The notes below the pieces were generated by a model. That model did no database searches. It was given only the letters and a program-made list of their open reading frames with translations, and was not told the origin of the DNA. From contig CAWGIE010000026.1 of assembly GCA_963822585.1 (NCBI GenBank), positions 1 to 64,000 of the forward strand: 64,000 nucleotides of DNA. Direction: 5' to 3'. Both the position numbers and the translations under genes were made by a program. Positions 53,961 through 63,568 of the stretch are shown in pieces. Within the stretch, counting starts at the first letter, position 1. Every line of letters starts with the position of its first letter. The stretch is from an uncultured bacterium (GTDB lineage Bacteria > Auribacterota > Erginobacteria > Erginobacterales > Erginobacteraceae).

Positions 53961-54743
53961 TTATTCTATCCGCTCCAAAAAGCCCGTCACCTCCGCCGCC
54001 GTCTGCCTTTGCAGCGCCCACCCATAAGGGGTTTGGACTTCGAGAACGTTCCCCGCCACGTCCAGGCGGATCTCCCCGGTCATCCCCCCATAATACGCCA
54101 GCAGTTCGTAGCCGTTCTTTGTCCGGGCGGTGACTTCAAACCGGACCGAACCCGACTCCGGCCGCCGGGCGGTCAGGCTGGCCAGGGGATCGAGCGCGGG
54201 GATCGTGAAGGACTCCCCTTTTTTAAGCGGCCGGAGAGAAAGGAAGGGGGTGAGCGCGTAGAGGGGGAGGGAAGGGTGGGGGAGGGGGAACGACAGTTCC
54301 CGCTCTTTCGCGCCCGCCGTGACCTGGACGGCAAGACATCCGTCATCCAGCCGGGCTTTTACAATGACCGGGGGAACCTCGGATCGGACGGAGGCCGTGA
54401 AACGGGCGATCTCCCCTCCGGGAGCGATCAGGCAGAAGCTGCGGACCTGGACCCGGTTTGCCCTCCCCCCGAGGGTCACCATCAGCCAGACGGTGCTGTC
54501 AAGGGCTGTCCCATAAAAACCCTCTTCCCGGTAGGGGTAGAGGACGGTGTGGGCATATCCGACCTGGTCATTTTTGTAAAAAATTCCCATCCATTCGTCG
54601 CCGACCAGGTCGGGAAGACCGGCCTGGAGCATCGGTATGCTCCCCGTCCGGTCTACCAGGGAGGGGAGCACTTCCTTCTTGAAGAACACCCCCATCACCC
54701 CCAGCCAGAGGAGAAAGATCAGTATGGGACGGATGTATTTCAT
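53961..54743 (-). CDS. Membrane-anchored hypothetical protein (first gene of the ABC operon)
   Basis: N-terminal TM with W..M, WMGIF.....VGY, DPL, G.VL....P.GW. Confidence 0.7.
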   Translation of the reverse strand: MKYIRPILIFLLWLGVMGVFFKKEVLPSLVDRTGSIPMLQAGLPDLVGDEWMGIFYKNDQVGYAHTVLYPYREEGFYGTALDSTVWLMVTLGGRANRVQVRSFCLIAPGGEIARFTASVRSEVPPVIVKARLDDGCLAVQVTAGAKERELSFPLPHPSLPLYALTPFLSLRPLKKGESFTIPALDPLASLTARRPESGSVRFEVTARTKNGYELLAYYGGMTGEIRLDVAGNVLEVQTPYGWALQRQTAAEVTGFLERIE

Positions 54744-55041
54744 ATCTGCGTAGTCGCAAAGCGTATCTGCCCATTGTCCAATAAATTCGGCAACTACTTG
54801 ATTACTCTACACCATGCGGTGACAAAAACAAAGAGCACCTTTCCAGTACTCTTGTTTATGTGTTAACCACCTGCTTCAGCATTTGACTGATTTATCATTT
54901 ATCCGGGGAAAAAGACCGTTTAATACGGGGGGAATCATACTGTGTTTCTATAATAATGGAAGAGAACCGTAATAAATAAATAGCGGCTACGGTAAGGAAT
55001 ACATTTTGCGGCACTGCCTCCAGAAATTATTTTGTTTAAGC

Positions 55042-55076
55042 AAAAAGCCCCCCCGATTAAATCAATCGGGGGGGCT
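55042..55076 (-). terminator. Rho-independent terminator for the 55107-56150 gene
   Basis: Minus strand agcccccccgatt-gattt-aatcgggggggct-tttt. Confidence 0.75.
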
Positions 55077-55106
55077 CAGATAAATTAGCGACCGAAGGGA
55101 GCTAAT

Positions 55107-56150
55107 TTATTGGGTGATAATAACCTCTTTCCAGTCTTTCCTCTCATTCGGGAGAGCGGGAATGCCTCCGGTGAAGATATTTCCGAAGTCTTCATCGAGC
55201 AGGGCCTTGTCGTAATGAACCCCGGCATTATTCCAGATGTAGACCTCCTTCCCCACCAGGTTCCCATAGATCTTGTCGTTGTTGCGGACCTCGATCATTG
55301 CATTGGGAGCATAGATGAACCCGTAGAATGTCACGTTGTTGGAGAGATCGACCGTATTAGTCCCTTCATAATAAAATCGCAATTTCGTGGTATCCCCGGT
55401 GATCTCGATCGGGGGGAGAAGATCGGAATTATTCTCGAAGATGATGCTGGTATTGACGTAAATTTCCACCACCTCATCGTCTCCGATATCCGGATCGATA
55501 TTAAAGTTGACGTTATTACTCAGTTCAATGGTATCGAAATGGTACTGGCCGGCGTGGAAGGTGACCCCCGCGTTATTGTGAGCCATGAAGTTATGATTTG
55601 CGATCTCGTATTTTCCCGTCTTGCTCCCGTAACTCCCCTCAATCTGGCCGTTCGGTCCCCCCTCGGCCTCGGTCCACCAGGCGGGGGAATTCACGGGAAG
55701 CAGTTCCAGGGCCGGCTGGCTGTACCTGCTGACACCGTAATACACGGAATTGTTCTGTAACGCAATGTCGCCCTCTTCGGTCGGTGTGGTCACCGAGATG
55801 TCTCCCTTGACGATCGCATTGTTGTTCAGGCTGACGCCCGCCGTAGAATCATTGGGATCGCAGTTACTGCCGACGGTTGCTTCCGACCCCTTGCTGACAC
55901 TGTAAGGGCCGATCCGGGAGTCGTAACTGTCAACCGTGGCGTTGTTCTGAAGATGGACCCAGTGATCGCCGAAAGGACCGGGGGGCGACCCACCGCCCGT
56001 GGAACCAGTTTCCCCCGATTGCATCTGCTCGGTAACCTGCCTGATTGAGGTCCCCTGGCCGAAAAGGGGCTGGAGGCAAAAAAAGGCCAGAAACAGCGGT
56101 AGGATGATTACCGTCATCATGAGCTGTAGGCGCATCGTTCTCATCTTCAT
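55107..56150 (-). CDS. Secreted beta-helix-like protein resembling PilX/Tad-type C-terminal domains
   Basis: Signal peptide; repeated L.NN motifs, VDSYDS..GPY, FYG.IYAPNA, HYD.AL, C-terminal W.E; ATG 56150 with AAGGAG RBS. Confidence 0.65.
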   Translation of the reverse strand: MKMRTMRLQLMMTVIILPLFLAFFCLQPLFGQGTSIRQVTEQMQSGETGSTGGGSPPGPFGDHWVHLQNNATVDSYDSRIGPYSVSKGSEATVGSNCDPNDSTAGVSLNNNAIVKGDISVTTPTEEGDIALQNNSVYYGVSRYSQPALELLPVNSPAWWTEAEGGPNGQIEGSYGSKTGKYEIANHNFMAHNNAGVTFHAGQYHFDTIELSNNVNFNIDPDIGDDEVVEIYVNTSIIFENNSDLLPPIEITGDTTKLRFYYEGTNTVDLSNNVTFYGFIYAPNAMIEVRNNDKIYGNLVGKEVYIWNNAGVHYDKALLDEDFGNIFTGGIPALPNERKDWKEVIITQ

Positions 56151-56209
56151 CTCTCCTTGCCCCGAGGGCACCTTCCAGTCCTTCTTTTTCTACTCTTCAC
56201 TCCAGTTTA

Positions 56210-56238
56210 AATATAAGGCAAAAAATACATTTTGTCAA
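56210..56238 (-). promoter_or_regulatory. Sigma70-type promoter
   Basis: Minus strand TTGACA-N17-TATATT. Confidence 0.7.
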
Positions 56239-56405
56239 GGTAATATATTTTATATTTTTGATTGTTTATATTGCCGAGATCGCAGTCGAGTCTGGTTGCT
56301 TTTATGTAATCACTTACTGGAGAGACCGATACAGTCAATATCGTGGCGCGTCTCCGTCCATGTGTTGATTGTCACTGTTCAAAAATATGCCTGCCATAAA
56401 TCGGG

Positions 56406-56768
56406 TTAATAGGTGACGTTCCCGGAAGCGGTAAAGGTGGCATATGTAATATCGGACATGTTGACCCAGACACTGAAGGTGCCCTTACCCAGCGGCTCAT
56501 CAGTAAATATGCAGAAATCCATTCCCAGGGGAACGGTGGTCCCCGTGGCCCAGTAAACGGCGACATATTTTTTGCCGATATCGAGGGCCCCTTCCGTAAT
56601 ATAAAAGGCCTCCAGGGATCTGTTGGTGAACACCGCGGAAGATTGCGTGGTGGCAATCATGTTGACGAATGTGTACGCCACTACCCCCAGAATCAGCATG
56701 AGGATGATCAGGGCTAGGAGGGCCAGCCCTTTTTCTTCTCCGACAATATGATGTAGAACCTTACTCAT
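56406..56768 (-). CDS. PilX/GspK-like minor pilin
   Basis: EKG/LALLALIILMLILG without Glu5; AFY..EG. Confidence 0.75.
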   Translation of the reverse strand: MSKVLHHIVGEEKGLALLALIILMLILGVVAYTFVNMIATTQSSAVFTNRSLEAFYITEGALDIGKKYVAVYWATGTTVPLGMDFCIFTDEPLGKGTFSVWVNMSDITYATFTASGNVTY

Positions 56769-57266
56769 CTATGGTTGCCTCGGGAGCACCGCTGTTCTTA
56801 CCGGGATCTCGGTTGATCCTCTGGACATGGTGAAAGAGAGCGTGACCACATTGTTTGCGTCCTGACTGGGAACGAAAGACAAGGCTTCGACATCTTCGGC
56901 CAAAATATAATTCCCGGCCCCGGTCTGGCGTCTGATAACGTCACCGCTCTGTACGAACGTGACCGCCAGGTTGGGGTCTTCGGGGGTGTCATGGCCCGTC
57001 TGCTTGGTGAAGGCGATCGATCCGGTAGTGATGGCTATGCCGGTCGGATGCGTTTCCCGGATCTCCCGGGTCATTTTCTCCATGGCGAGCTGGGCTTCCT
57101 TGAAGAGTTCCAGGTAGTCCCGGGTGGCGGTGGTGTAAGTCTCCATGGACATAATAAGGGCCTGGATCGAGAAAGTCGCCAGGATGATGACCAGAACGAT
57201 CACCACCACCATCTCAATCAGGGTGTAGCCGGGACAGCGCTTATTGTATAGCGGATTTAATCTCAT
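56769..57266 (-). CDS. Minor pilin (PilW/GspJ-like)
   Basis: G/YTLIEMVVVIVLV; AMEKMTREIR. Confidence 0.85.
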   Translation of the reverse strand: MRLNPLYNKRCPGYTLIEMVVVIVLVIILATFSIQALIMSMETYTTATRDYLELFKEAQLAMEKMTREIRETHPTGIAITTGSIAFTKQTGHDTPEDPNLAVTFVQSGDVIRRQTGAGNYILAEDVEALSFVPSQDANNVVTLSFTMSRGSTEIPVRTAVLPRQP

Positions 57267-57661
57267 TATAAATCCCAGTCTGATCTTACCGTGACCAGAG
57301 AGAGCGACTGGCCGTTTGTATGGGTCACCGTGACCGTGACCTCCTTCAATCCCGCGGTTAGAGTCCCGAAAGAGGCGTTCGGGTCAACGACGCAAGAGCT
57401 GCTGTAATCCGCGAAAGGAACGGAGAAGGGGGTAGCGCCCCACCCGCTCACCGACTGGTAGTTGAAGCTGATCACCTTCTTCTCCATCTCCTCCTGGGCC
57501 AGGAGGGCCAGGGTACCGCTGATGACCGGTCTGTCAAGGTCACGCACCCCTTCGGTGAAGGGGATTATCAGGGCCGGCAGGACAATCGCGGCCACGAGCA
57601 AGACGATAACGATCTCGATCAACGTCCAGCCGGGGGAGAGATTTGTTTTGAAGGTTTTCAT
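57266..57661 (-). CDS. Minor pilin (PilV/GspI-like)
   Basis: G/WTLIEIVIVLLV; LAQEEME; LKEVTVTV; ATG 57661 preferred. Confidence 0.82.
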   Translation of the reverse strand: MKTFKTNLSPGWTLIEIVIVLLVAAIVLPALIIPFTEGVRDLDRPVISGTLALLAQEEMEKKVISFNYQSVSGWGATPFSVPFADYSSSCVVDPNASFGTLTAGLKEVTVTVTHTNGQSLSLVTVRSDWDL

Positions 57662-57708
57662 TAAAATACTCAAGCTACCCCAATGCAATCGGATTGGTTT
57701 AGTTGTTA

Positions 57709-57790
57709 TGGAGTGTTGGAGTAATGGAATACTGGGGTATTGAGGCCTGCGCCTCCATTACTTCACCGCTCCATCATTCCAACACTCCAG
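57709..57790. repeat. Family A hairpin between minor pilin genes
   Basis: tggagtgttggagtaatggaatactggggtattg ... ccattacttcaccgctccatcattccaacactcca. Confidence 0.85.
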
Positions 57791-57793
57791 TTT

Positions 57794-58213
57794 TTAGTTT
57801 GTCGTCACCTTCCCGGTCAGCGCCTCTATGGTTACGGTTTTCGAGTCGCTGCCGGAGGTAATATCGAAATTTCCACCCTGGTCCGGCTCGCCGAATGAGT
57901 TGAAGGTTATGCTGTAGGGGCCGGCGACCGCGTTGCCGGGCAGGGTTCGGTCTTCCGGCTCCAGCCCGGTGGCCGTATAACCGTTTCCCCCGAAAGTGAT
58001 TGTCCGAGGATTGCCGGTGAAGATGGCGACGTGCTGCACGGCGCGGATATCCGAGGCGGCCAGGTCGGCCGCCAGGATAGCGGCGATCTCGGTCTGCGAG
58101 AGCATCTTCGGTATCACCACGGCCGCGATAATGCCGATAAGCAGAATAACGAAGACCAGTTCGATAAACGAGAAGCCGGCGACGGGGGATAACGGGTTCG
58201 TATTCCTTCTCAT
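57794..58213 (-). CDS. Minor pilin (FimT/GspH-like)
   Basis: G/FSFIELVFVILLIGIIAAVVIP; ITFNSFGEP; IEALTGKV; GGAGG RBS before ATG 58213. Confidence 0.87.
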   Translation of the reverse strand: MRRNTNPLSPVAGFSFIELVFVILLIGIIAAVVIPKMLSQTEIAAILAADLAASDIRAVQHVAIFTGNPRTITFGGNGYTATGLEPEDRTLPGNAVAGPYSITFNSFGEPDQGGNFDITSGSDSKTVTIEALTGKVTTN

Positions 58214-58235
58214 TTTCTTACACCTCCCCATTTAA

Positions 58236-58264
58236 AATATAAGACTGGAATTCACTTTTGTCAA
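58236..58264 (-). promoter_or_regulatory. Sigma70-type promoter of the minor pilin operon
   Basis: Minus strand TTGACA-N17-TATATT. Confidence 0.7.
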
Positions 58265-58308
58265 GGGATTCCCCTCAGCTCATTCTATTCTTCAACACTC
58301 GTGAGAAC

Positions 58309-58337
58309 TTGACAAAACAAATATCCTGAGCTATATT
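58309..58337 (+). promoter_or_regulatory. Divergent sigma70-type promoter
   Basis: TTGACA-N17-TATATT. Confidence 0.7.
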
Positions 58338-58365
58338 TTATATGAAGAAAACCGGGTGGGAAATA

Positions 58366-61308
58366 ATGAAAGATCTTCGTAACTATATAATTAGAGCAAC
58401 CGGCATCATCATCTTTTTTCTGCTTCCTGTATCGGCGGTGCCTTTCCAGACCAACCAGGAAGCCGCGGTGGTCATCGGCCAGGCTGATATGACACATAAC
58501 GGGATTAACCAGGTCGAGGAATGGCAGAACCCTTTTCCGCCGACCGCGTACACTCTCTTCTGGCCGGGAGAGATTCAAGTGTACGACAGCAAGCTCTACG
58601 TGGCGGATTTTCACAATAACCGGGTTCTCATCTACAACTCCTTTCCGACTTTTAATAATCAGAGTGCCGATATCGTCATCGGCCAGCCGGATATGACCAG
58701 TAACGCCCGCAACCAGCATCCCTCGGGAGAGGAACCGTGGTTTCCCATGGCCAACACGCTCTTCGAGCCGGACGGTGTACGGGTTTATGGCTCCAAACTT
58801 CTGATCGCGGACACGTCCAATAACCGGACACTGGTTTTTAATACCATCCCCACGGTGAACAATGCCAGTGCCGATGTGCCCGTCGGTCAGCTCTCCCTTA
58901 TCGACGACTATCACCCCAACCGCCTTCCGCCAGTCGTGGAAGCTAATACCTGCAATGATCCCCGGAATATCTGCATCTACAATGGGAAGCTGTTTATCGC
59001 AGACCGGTTCAACAACCGGGTCTTGATATTTAACCAGGTCCCCGCGGCATTCGACGAGTCCGCTGATGTTGTCGTGGGGCAGGAGGATATGTGGAGCGGT
59101 CAGACCAACCAGGGATACGGCATCCCGGCGGCCAACACCCTGGCCGAACCGACCGGTGTTTTTGTCAGCGGGAACAAAATGTTCATCACCGACACCGGAA
59201 ATAATCGGGTGCTTATTTACAACAGCATTCCTACTGTCGCCGGCGCGGCGGCGGATGTGGTGGTCGGCCAGGACGATGCCCTCTCCGGAGAGCCCAACCA
59301 GGGCCAGGGGATACCGGAGGCGGACACGCTCTTCGGGCCGTTCGGGAACGTCTACTCCGACGGCACTCGTCTTTTTATCGCCGATACGGAGAATCACCGG
59401 GTGCTCATTTACAATAGCATCCCTGCCAGCAACGGAATCGCGGCGGATGTAGTTTTGGGCCAGGAGGACATGAACTCCCGGCTGATAAATGGTTTTGACC
59501 CTGACCTGGTTAATCCGCTGCTTCCTCCTCCCCCCACCGCCCGGACCCTTTACTGGCCGGATAGTATTGCCTGCCATGAGAACAAACTGCTGGTAGCGGA
59601 TACGAATAATAACCGGGTTCTCATCTTTAATGGCCCCACGCCTACCCCGACTCCGTACGGCTATAAGACCCCGTCCCCGACGCCCTCGGTGACTCCATCG
59701 CCATCGGTGACCCCGACCCCGAGCGCGACACCGTCAGCTACCCCAACTCCGGAAGGTTACAAGACCCCGGCGCCCACCCCCTCGGTGACGCCGTCCGCCA
59801 CGCCGTCGCCGAGCGTGACCCCAACCCCCAGCGTCACCCCGACTCCTGCCTACGGCGTCCTTCCCCTTGATATTGCCGACGTTGACAATCTGGCTCTGGG
59901 TCGGACGAGATCGGCGATCAGCAGCGGCTGGAGGTGGCGGATCACCCGGGCGGGACTTCCGGATACCGATGTTTACGGGACCATCTTCGACAACGCGGAC
60001 ACTTTTTCCGATGGAAACGTTTATACAGTCCAGCCGGCGTCTCTGCAGATAACCCGGGCCAACGAGGATCTGGACGTCCGGGAGGGGGATTACTTGACGG
60101 TGACTTACAACGGCAGCCAGGCAGTGAATGTCTATCCTCCTCCGCTCACCGGGAATATCGACACTTACTATTACATCGGTTCGGATGGGGCCACCTATAA
60201 CGATCGCTGGCTCTGCGATCTGGCCAAGGCGGTGCCGACACCGACCCCCAGCCCCCTGGCGACCCCCTCCGTCACACCAACCCCGACCGTTACACCATCG
60301 GTGAAGCCGACTAAATCGCCGACAGCCACTCCCACGCCATCCGTTAAGCCGACCAATCCGCCGACCGCCACCCCCACACCGTCCGTTAAGCCGACCAATC
60401 CGCCGACAGCTACCCCCACACCGTCCGTTAAGCCGACCAATCCGCCGACCGCCACCCCCACGCCGTCCGTTAAGCCGACTAATCCGCCGACCGCCACCCC
60501 CACGCCGTCCATTAAACCGACGCTCTCGCCGACCGTTACACCGTCGCCCACCTCGCCGTCCCCGTCCGGTCACCGCGTCCGGGGGGATTACAACGGCGAT
60601 GGGACCTCGGATGTGGCGATTTACCGGGCGTCCTCCAGCCTCTGGGCGGTCCGGGGGGTGAGCCGGGTCTATTTCGGCGGGAGCAATGACATTCCCGTCC
60701 CCCGGGATTACAATGGGAACGGAACCACCGATTATGGGATCTACCGTCCGGCGGCCGGGCTCTGGGCGGTCCGGGGCGTTACCCGGAGCTATTTCGGCGG
60801 GTCCGATGACGACCCGGTCCCGGCCGATTTTGACGGCGACGGAAAGAGCGATATCGCCATCTACCGCTCCACTTCCGGCCTCTGGGCGATCCGGGGCCAG
60901 CCCCGGGTATATTTCGGAAGCGGCGACGATTGGCCCATCCCGGGCGATTATGACGGGAGCGGCCGGGCCGCGGTTACAATCTACCGCCCGGCCGCCGGCC
61001 TCTGGGCGATGAGAGGAGTAAGCCGGTTCTATTTCGGCGGTGCCGCCGACGATCCGGTTTCGGGTGATTTCAACGGAGACGGCACCCAGGATCCCGGGAT
61101 CTATCGTTCCGCCGCCGGTCTCTGGGCGATCCGAAAAATCTCCCGGGCCTACTTCGGCGGGGCCTCCGACTTCCCGGTCCCGGCCGATTTCGGCGGAACG
61201 GGGAGGGACGGGATTGCCATCTTCAGACCTCCGGCCGGCCTCTGGGCCGCCGCCGGCGTCCTCAGAACATATTTTGGAGCAAGCACCGACCTGCCGGTGG
61301 TGGAATAA
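58366..61308 (+). CDS. Secreted NHL-repeat protein with Pro/Thr linkers and C-terminal GDYNGDG repeat domain
   Basis: Six repeats of L..P......KL.IAD..NNRVLI.N..P.....AD.V.GQ; PT-rich stretches; same C-terminal domain as 5936 and 9694; alternative start 58342. Confidence 0.88.
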   Translation: MKDLRNYIIRATGIIIFFLLPVSAVPFQTNQEAAVVIGQADMTHNGINQVEEWQNPFPPTAYTLFWPGEIQVYDSKLYVADFHNNRVLIYNSFPTFNNQSADIVIGQPDMTSNARNQHPSGEEPWFPMANTLFEPDGVRVYGSKLLIADTSNNRTLVFNTIPTVNNASADVPVGQLSLIDDYHPNRLPPVVEANTCNDPRNICIYNGKLFIADRFNNRVLIFNQVPAAFDESADVVVGQEDMWSGQTNQGYGIPAANTLAEPTGVFVSGNKMFITDTGNNRVLIYNSIPTVAGAAADVVVGQDDALSGEPNQGQGIPEADTLFGPFGNVYSDGTRLFIADTENHRVLIYNSIPASNGIAADVVLGQEDMNSRLINGFDPDLVNPLLPPPPTARTLYWPDSIACHENKLLVADTNNNRVLIFNGPTPTPTPYGYKTPSPTPSVTPSPSVTPTPSATPSATPTPEGYKTPAPTPSVTPSATPSPSVTPTPSVTPTPAYGVLPLDIADVDNLALGRTRSAISSGWRWRITRAGLPDTDVYGTIFDNADTFSDGNVYTVQPASLQITRANEDLDVREGDYLTVTYNGSQAVNVYPPPLTGNIDTYYYIGSDGATYNDRWLCDLAKAVPTPTPSPLATPSVTPTPTVTPSVKPTKSPTATPTPSVKPTNPPTATPTPSVKPTNPPTATPTPSVKPTNPPTATPTPSVKPTNPPTATPTPSIKPTLSPTVTPSPTSPSPSGHRVRGDYNGDGTSDVAIYRASSSLWAVRGVSRVYFGGSNDIPVPRDYNGNGTTDYGIYRPAAGLWAVRGVTRSYFGGSDDDPVPADFDGDGKSDIAIYRSTSGLWAIRGQPRVYFGSGDDWPIPGDYDGSGRAAVTIYRPAAGLWAMRGVSRFYFGGAADDPVSGDFNGDGTQDPGIYRSAAGLWAIRKISRAYFGGASDFPVPADFGGTGRDGIAIFRPPAGLWAAAGVLRTYFGASTDLPVVE
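60295..60546 (+). repeat. Six-copy 42-bp coding tandem repeat
   Basis: PSVKPTNPPTATPT x ~6. Confidence 0.9.
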
Positions 61309-61398
61309 CCGGGTTCCCTTTTGCGTTTTAATAATTGGGGTCGGACCAGAGTATCTACTTGCATTGTAATGCGTTATCTATAAAATAGGCATCATATA

Positions 61399-62233
61399 AG
61401 GCCTTAGCGGCGTTTTTCGGGCCTATTTTCAGCTTCTAACGAGAATTCCCTGAAGCCATGCCTAGAGCTAACCGTTACATGTTGTCCCGCCAGCTTTACC
61501 ATGTCACGCATCGTTGCCACGATCGGTCCTATCTTTTACGCTTTGTACGAGATCGCGATATATACCGAGAATGGTTGCGTAAAGGATCTATTCGCTATGG
61601 CGTCTCAATTCTTGGCTATTGTCTAACTTCAAACCATATTCATCTGGTAGTCTATGCCGAACAAAAGGATGCAATAAGTCAACTGATGCAGCTTGTTGAA
61701 GGATGCGTAGCCCAGCAGTACAATCTTCGGAAGGAAAGAAAAGGTGCCTTCTGGGAGGACCGTTTCCACTGTACGCTCATCGACACCGGCAGGTATTTCT
61801 GGAATTGCCTGACCTATATTGATCTCAACATGGTAAGGGCCGGTGTGATCTTACACCCGAAAAATTGGGAGTGGTGTGGCTATCGGGAATTGATGGGGGT
61901 GAGAAAACGATACCGAATTCTCAATCTCCCGCTGCTGATAGAAAAGAGTGGTGCGGCTAACATCGAAGAGGTGCGAGATAAATATCACATGATGCTGACA
62001 CATTATTTGAGTGAGGGCATCGCGGAGCGGGAACCTCAGTGGACTGAGAGCCTTGCTGTGGGGAGTAAGTCTTTTATAGATTCTATTAAGGAACGTTTTT
62101 CATCAATAAGAAACTCTCTTCTTGAGGAAGAGACATCTTCAAGATCCGGTTCTCTCTGGTCAATCAGGGAAGATCGGGCGACATTTTATCCTTAAAAGCT
62201 GTTTTGCCCCTTGAAAATCGCTTCTAAAGGCCT
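61399..62233 (+). mobile_element. RAYT-like element bounded by imperfect ~42-bp inverted repeats
   Basis: aggccttagcggcgtttttc...cagcttctaa (61399-61439) vs reverse complement of 62192-62233, aggcctttagaagcgattttc...cagcttttaa; AT-rich. Confidence 0.6.
61458..62195 (+). CDS. REP-associated tyrosine transposase (RAYT, Y1 HUH)
   Basis: MPR..R, YHVT.R, YCL.SNHIHL (HUH), G.FWE.RF, YIDLN.VRAG. Confidence 0.92.
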   Translation: MPRANRYMLSRQLYHVTHRCHDRSYLLRFVRDRDIYREWLRKGSIRYGVSILGYCLTSNHIHLVVYAEQKDAISQLMQLVEGCVAQQYNLRKERKGAFWEDRFHCTLIDTGRYFWNCLTYIDLNMVRAGVILHPKNWEWCGYRELMGVRKRYRILNLPLLIEKSGAANIEEVRDKYHMMLTHYLSEGIAEREPQWTESLAVGSKSFIDSIKERFSSIRNSLLEEETSSRSGSLWSIREDRATFYP

Positions 62234-62281
62234 AAATAGGGCTTAAAAATTGTTTTATTCATTGAGCATCAAGGAGTTATT

Positions 62282-63544
62282 ATGGTCCGACCCCGACTAA
62301 TCATAATGGCGGCGGCCTTGATGTTTATCGCGGTCTTGGCCCAGGCCGCACCCACCCCCGTTCCCCCCGGCGATCTTTACCGGGAAGGATACCTTCTTTT
62401 TCAGAAGGCCGAACAGGCCTTTCAACGGGGAGAATTTGCTGAGGCCGAGGCTCGTTACCGGAGCGCGGCCGATTATTTTACCGCCATCCGCGAGCAGTCT
62501 CCGGAATGGTCGGCGGATTCTGTAGAAAGCCGGCTGGAGAGATGTCGTCTCCGGTTGGCCGATTCAGAGTCGGCCCGGACCGAAGAGGAGTCCTGGCGGA
62601 AGCCTCTCCGGGTTCATTTTATCGACGTGGGGCAGGGGGACTGCGAGTTAATTCAGTGCCCCTCCGGGGAGACGATTCTTATCGACGGGGGCCGGGTCTG
62701 GGTCTATTCCTTCCTGATCGATTATCTTCACCGCGCCGGGGTGAAGAAGATTGACCTTCTGATCGTCACCCACCCTCACGGCGATCACTTCGGAGGCGTG
62801 ATCGATGTACTGGACACTTTCCCGGTCACTACTCTTCTCGACTCGGGCAAGGAGGACACCACCGAGCATTACGCGCGGTACCTGCGGACGGTCAAAAACC
62901 ATGACGATATCCTTTTTCGCCTGGCTCGGGCCGGGGATCGGTTCTCTTTCGGTGAGGTACAGCTCCTGATCCTTCACCCGTCTGCCCGCCTTCTTGAATC
63001 CCCCAACAACTGCTCGATCGTCGTCAAGCTGATGTATGGGGATGAAAGCTTTCTCTTCACCGGGGATGCCGAAGAGGAGGCGGAGATGGAGATGATCAGC
63101 CGGGGGGCTAACCTGAAAAGCACGGTGCTGAAAGTCGGACACCACGGTTCGCGGACCTCGACCAGTTCCTCTTTCCTGTCCCGGGTCGCTCCCCGGGAAG
63201 CGGTGATCGAAGTGGGGGAGAATAACAGTTACGGGCACCCGACCGAGCAGGTGCTCCGGCGCCTGGAAATGCGCGGGATCAAGATTTATCGGACCGACCG
63301 CGACGGGTCGGTCCTTTTTCTGAGTAACGGCCGGGACCACCGGGTGGAGTTTCCGGGAAAGGCCGTCTACCCTGAATACGATATCCCGGATGACCGTGTC
63401 GGCAAAGTGGCCGCCAACCGGCAGACCCTTATCTATTATCCCCCCCGTTCCGCCTACGCCCGGCGGATACCGCCGGAAGACCGGGAATATTTCGATACCG
63501 CCACCGCCGCGGAAGCGGCCGGGTATCGGCGGTGGTGGTATTGA
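62282..63544 (+). CDS. Secreted ComEC/Rec2-like MBL-fold nuclease with an N-terminal TPR-like helix and a small C-terminal domain
   Basis: FIDVGQGD, THPHGDHFGG, NN.SIV, LFTGDAE, LKVGHHGS, N.YGHP, RTD..G; signal peptide. Confidence 0.9.
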   Translation: MVRPRLIIMAAALMFIAVLAQAAPTPVPPGDLYREGYLLFQKAEQAFQRGEFAEAEARYRSAADYFTAIREQSPEWSADSVESRLERCRLRLADSESARTEEESWRKPLRVHFIDVGQGDCELIQCPSGETILIDGGRVWVYSFLIDYLHRAGVKKIDLLIVTHPHGDHFGGVIDVLDTFPVTTLLDSGKEDTTEHYARYLRTVKNHDDILFRLARAGDRFSFGEVQLLILHPSARLLESPNNCSIVVKLMYGDESFLFTGDAEEEAEMEMISRGANLKSTVLKVGHHGSRTSTSSSFLSRVAPREAVIEVGENNSYGHPTEQVLRRLEMRGIKIYRTDRDGSVLFLSNGRDHRVEFPGKAVYPEYDIPDDRVGKVAANRQTLIYYPPRSAYARRIPPEDREYFDTATAAEAAGYRRWWY

Positions 63545-63568
63545 TATTTTTCCCGCGGAAAGATATCA
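63542..63568. terminator. Hairpin between convergent genes
   Basis: tgatatttttcc-cgc-ggaaagatatca. Confidence 0.4.

Noticed and set aside
53835..54866. 343-aa plus-strand ORF
   Set aside because: Antisense shadow of 53961-54743 that begins in repeats
62282..63544. Full ComEC DNA-uptake channel
   Set aside because: Only the MBL nuclease domain is present, without the multi-TM competence domain, so competence cannot be claimed
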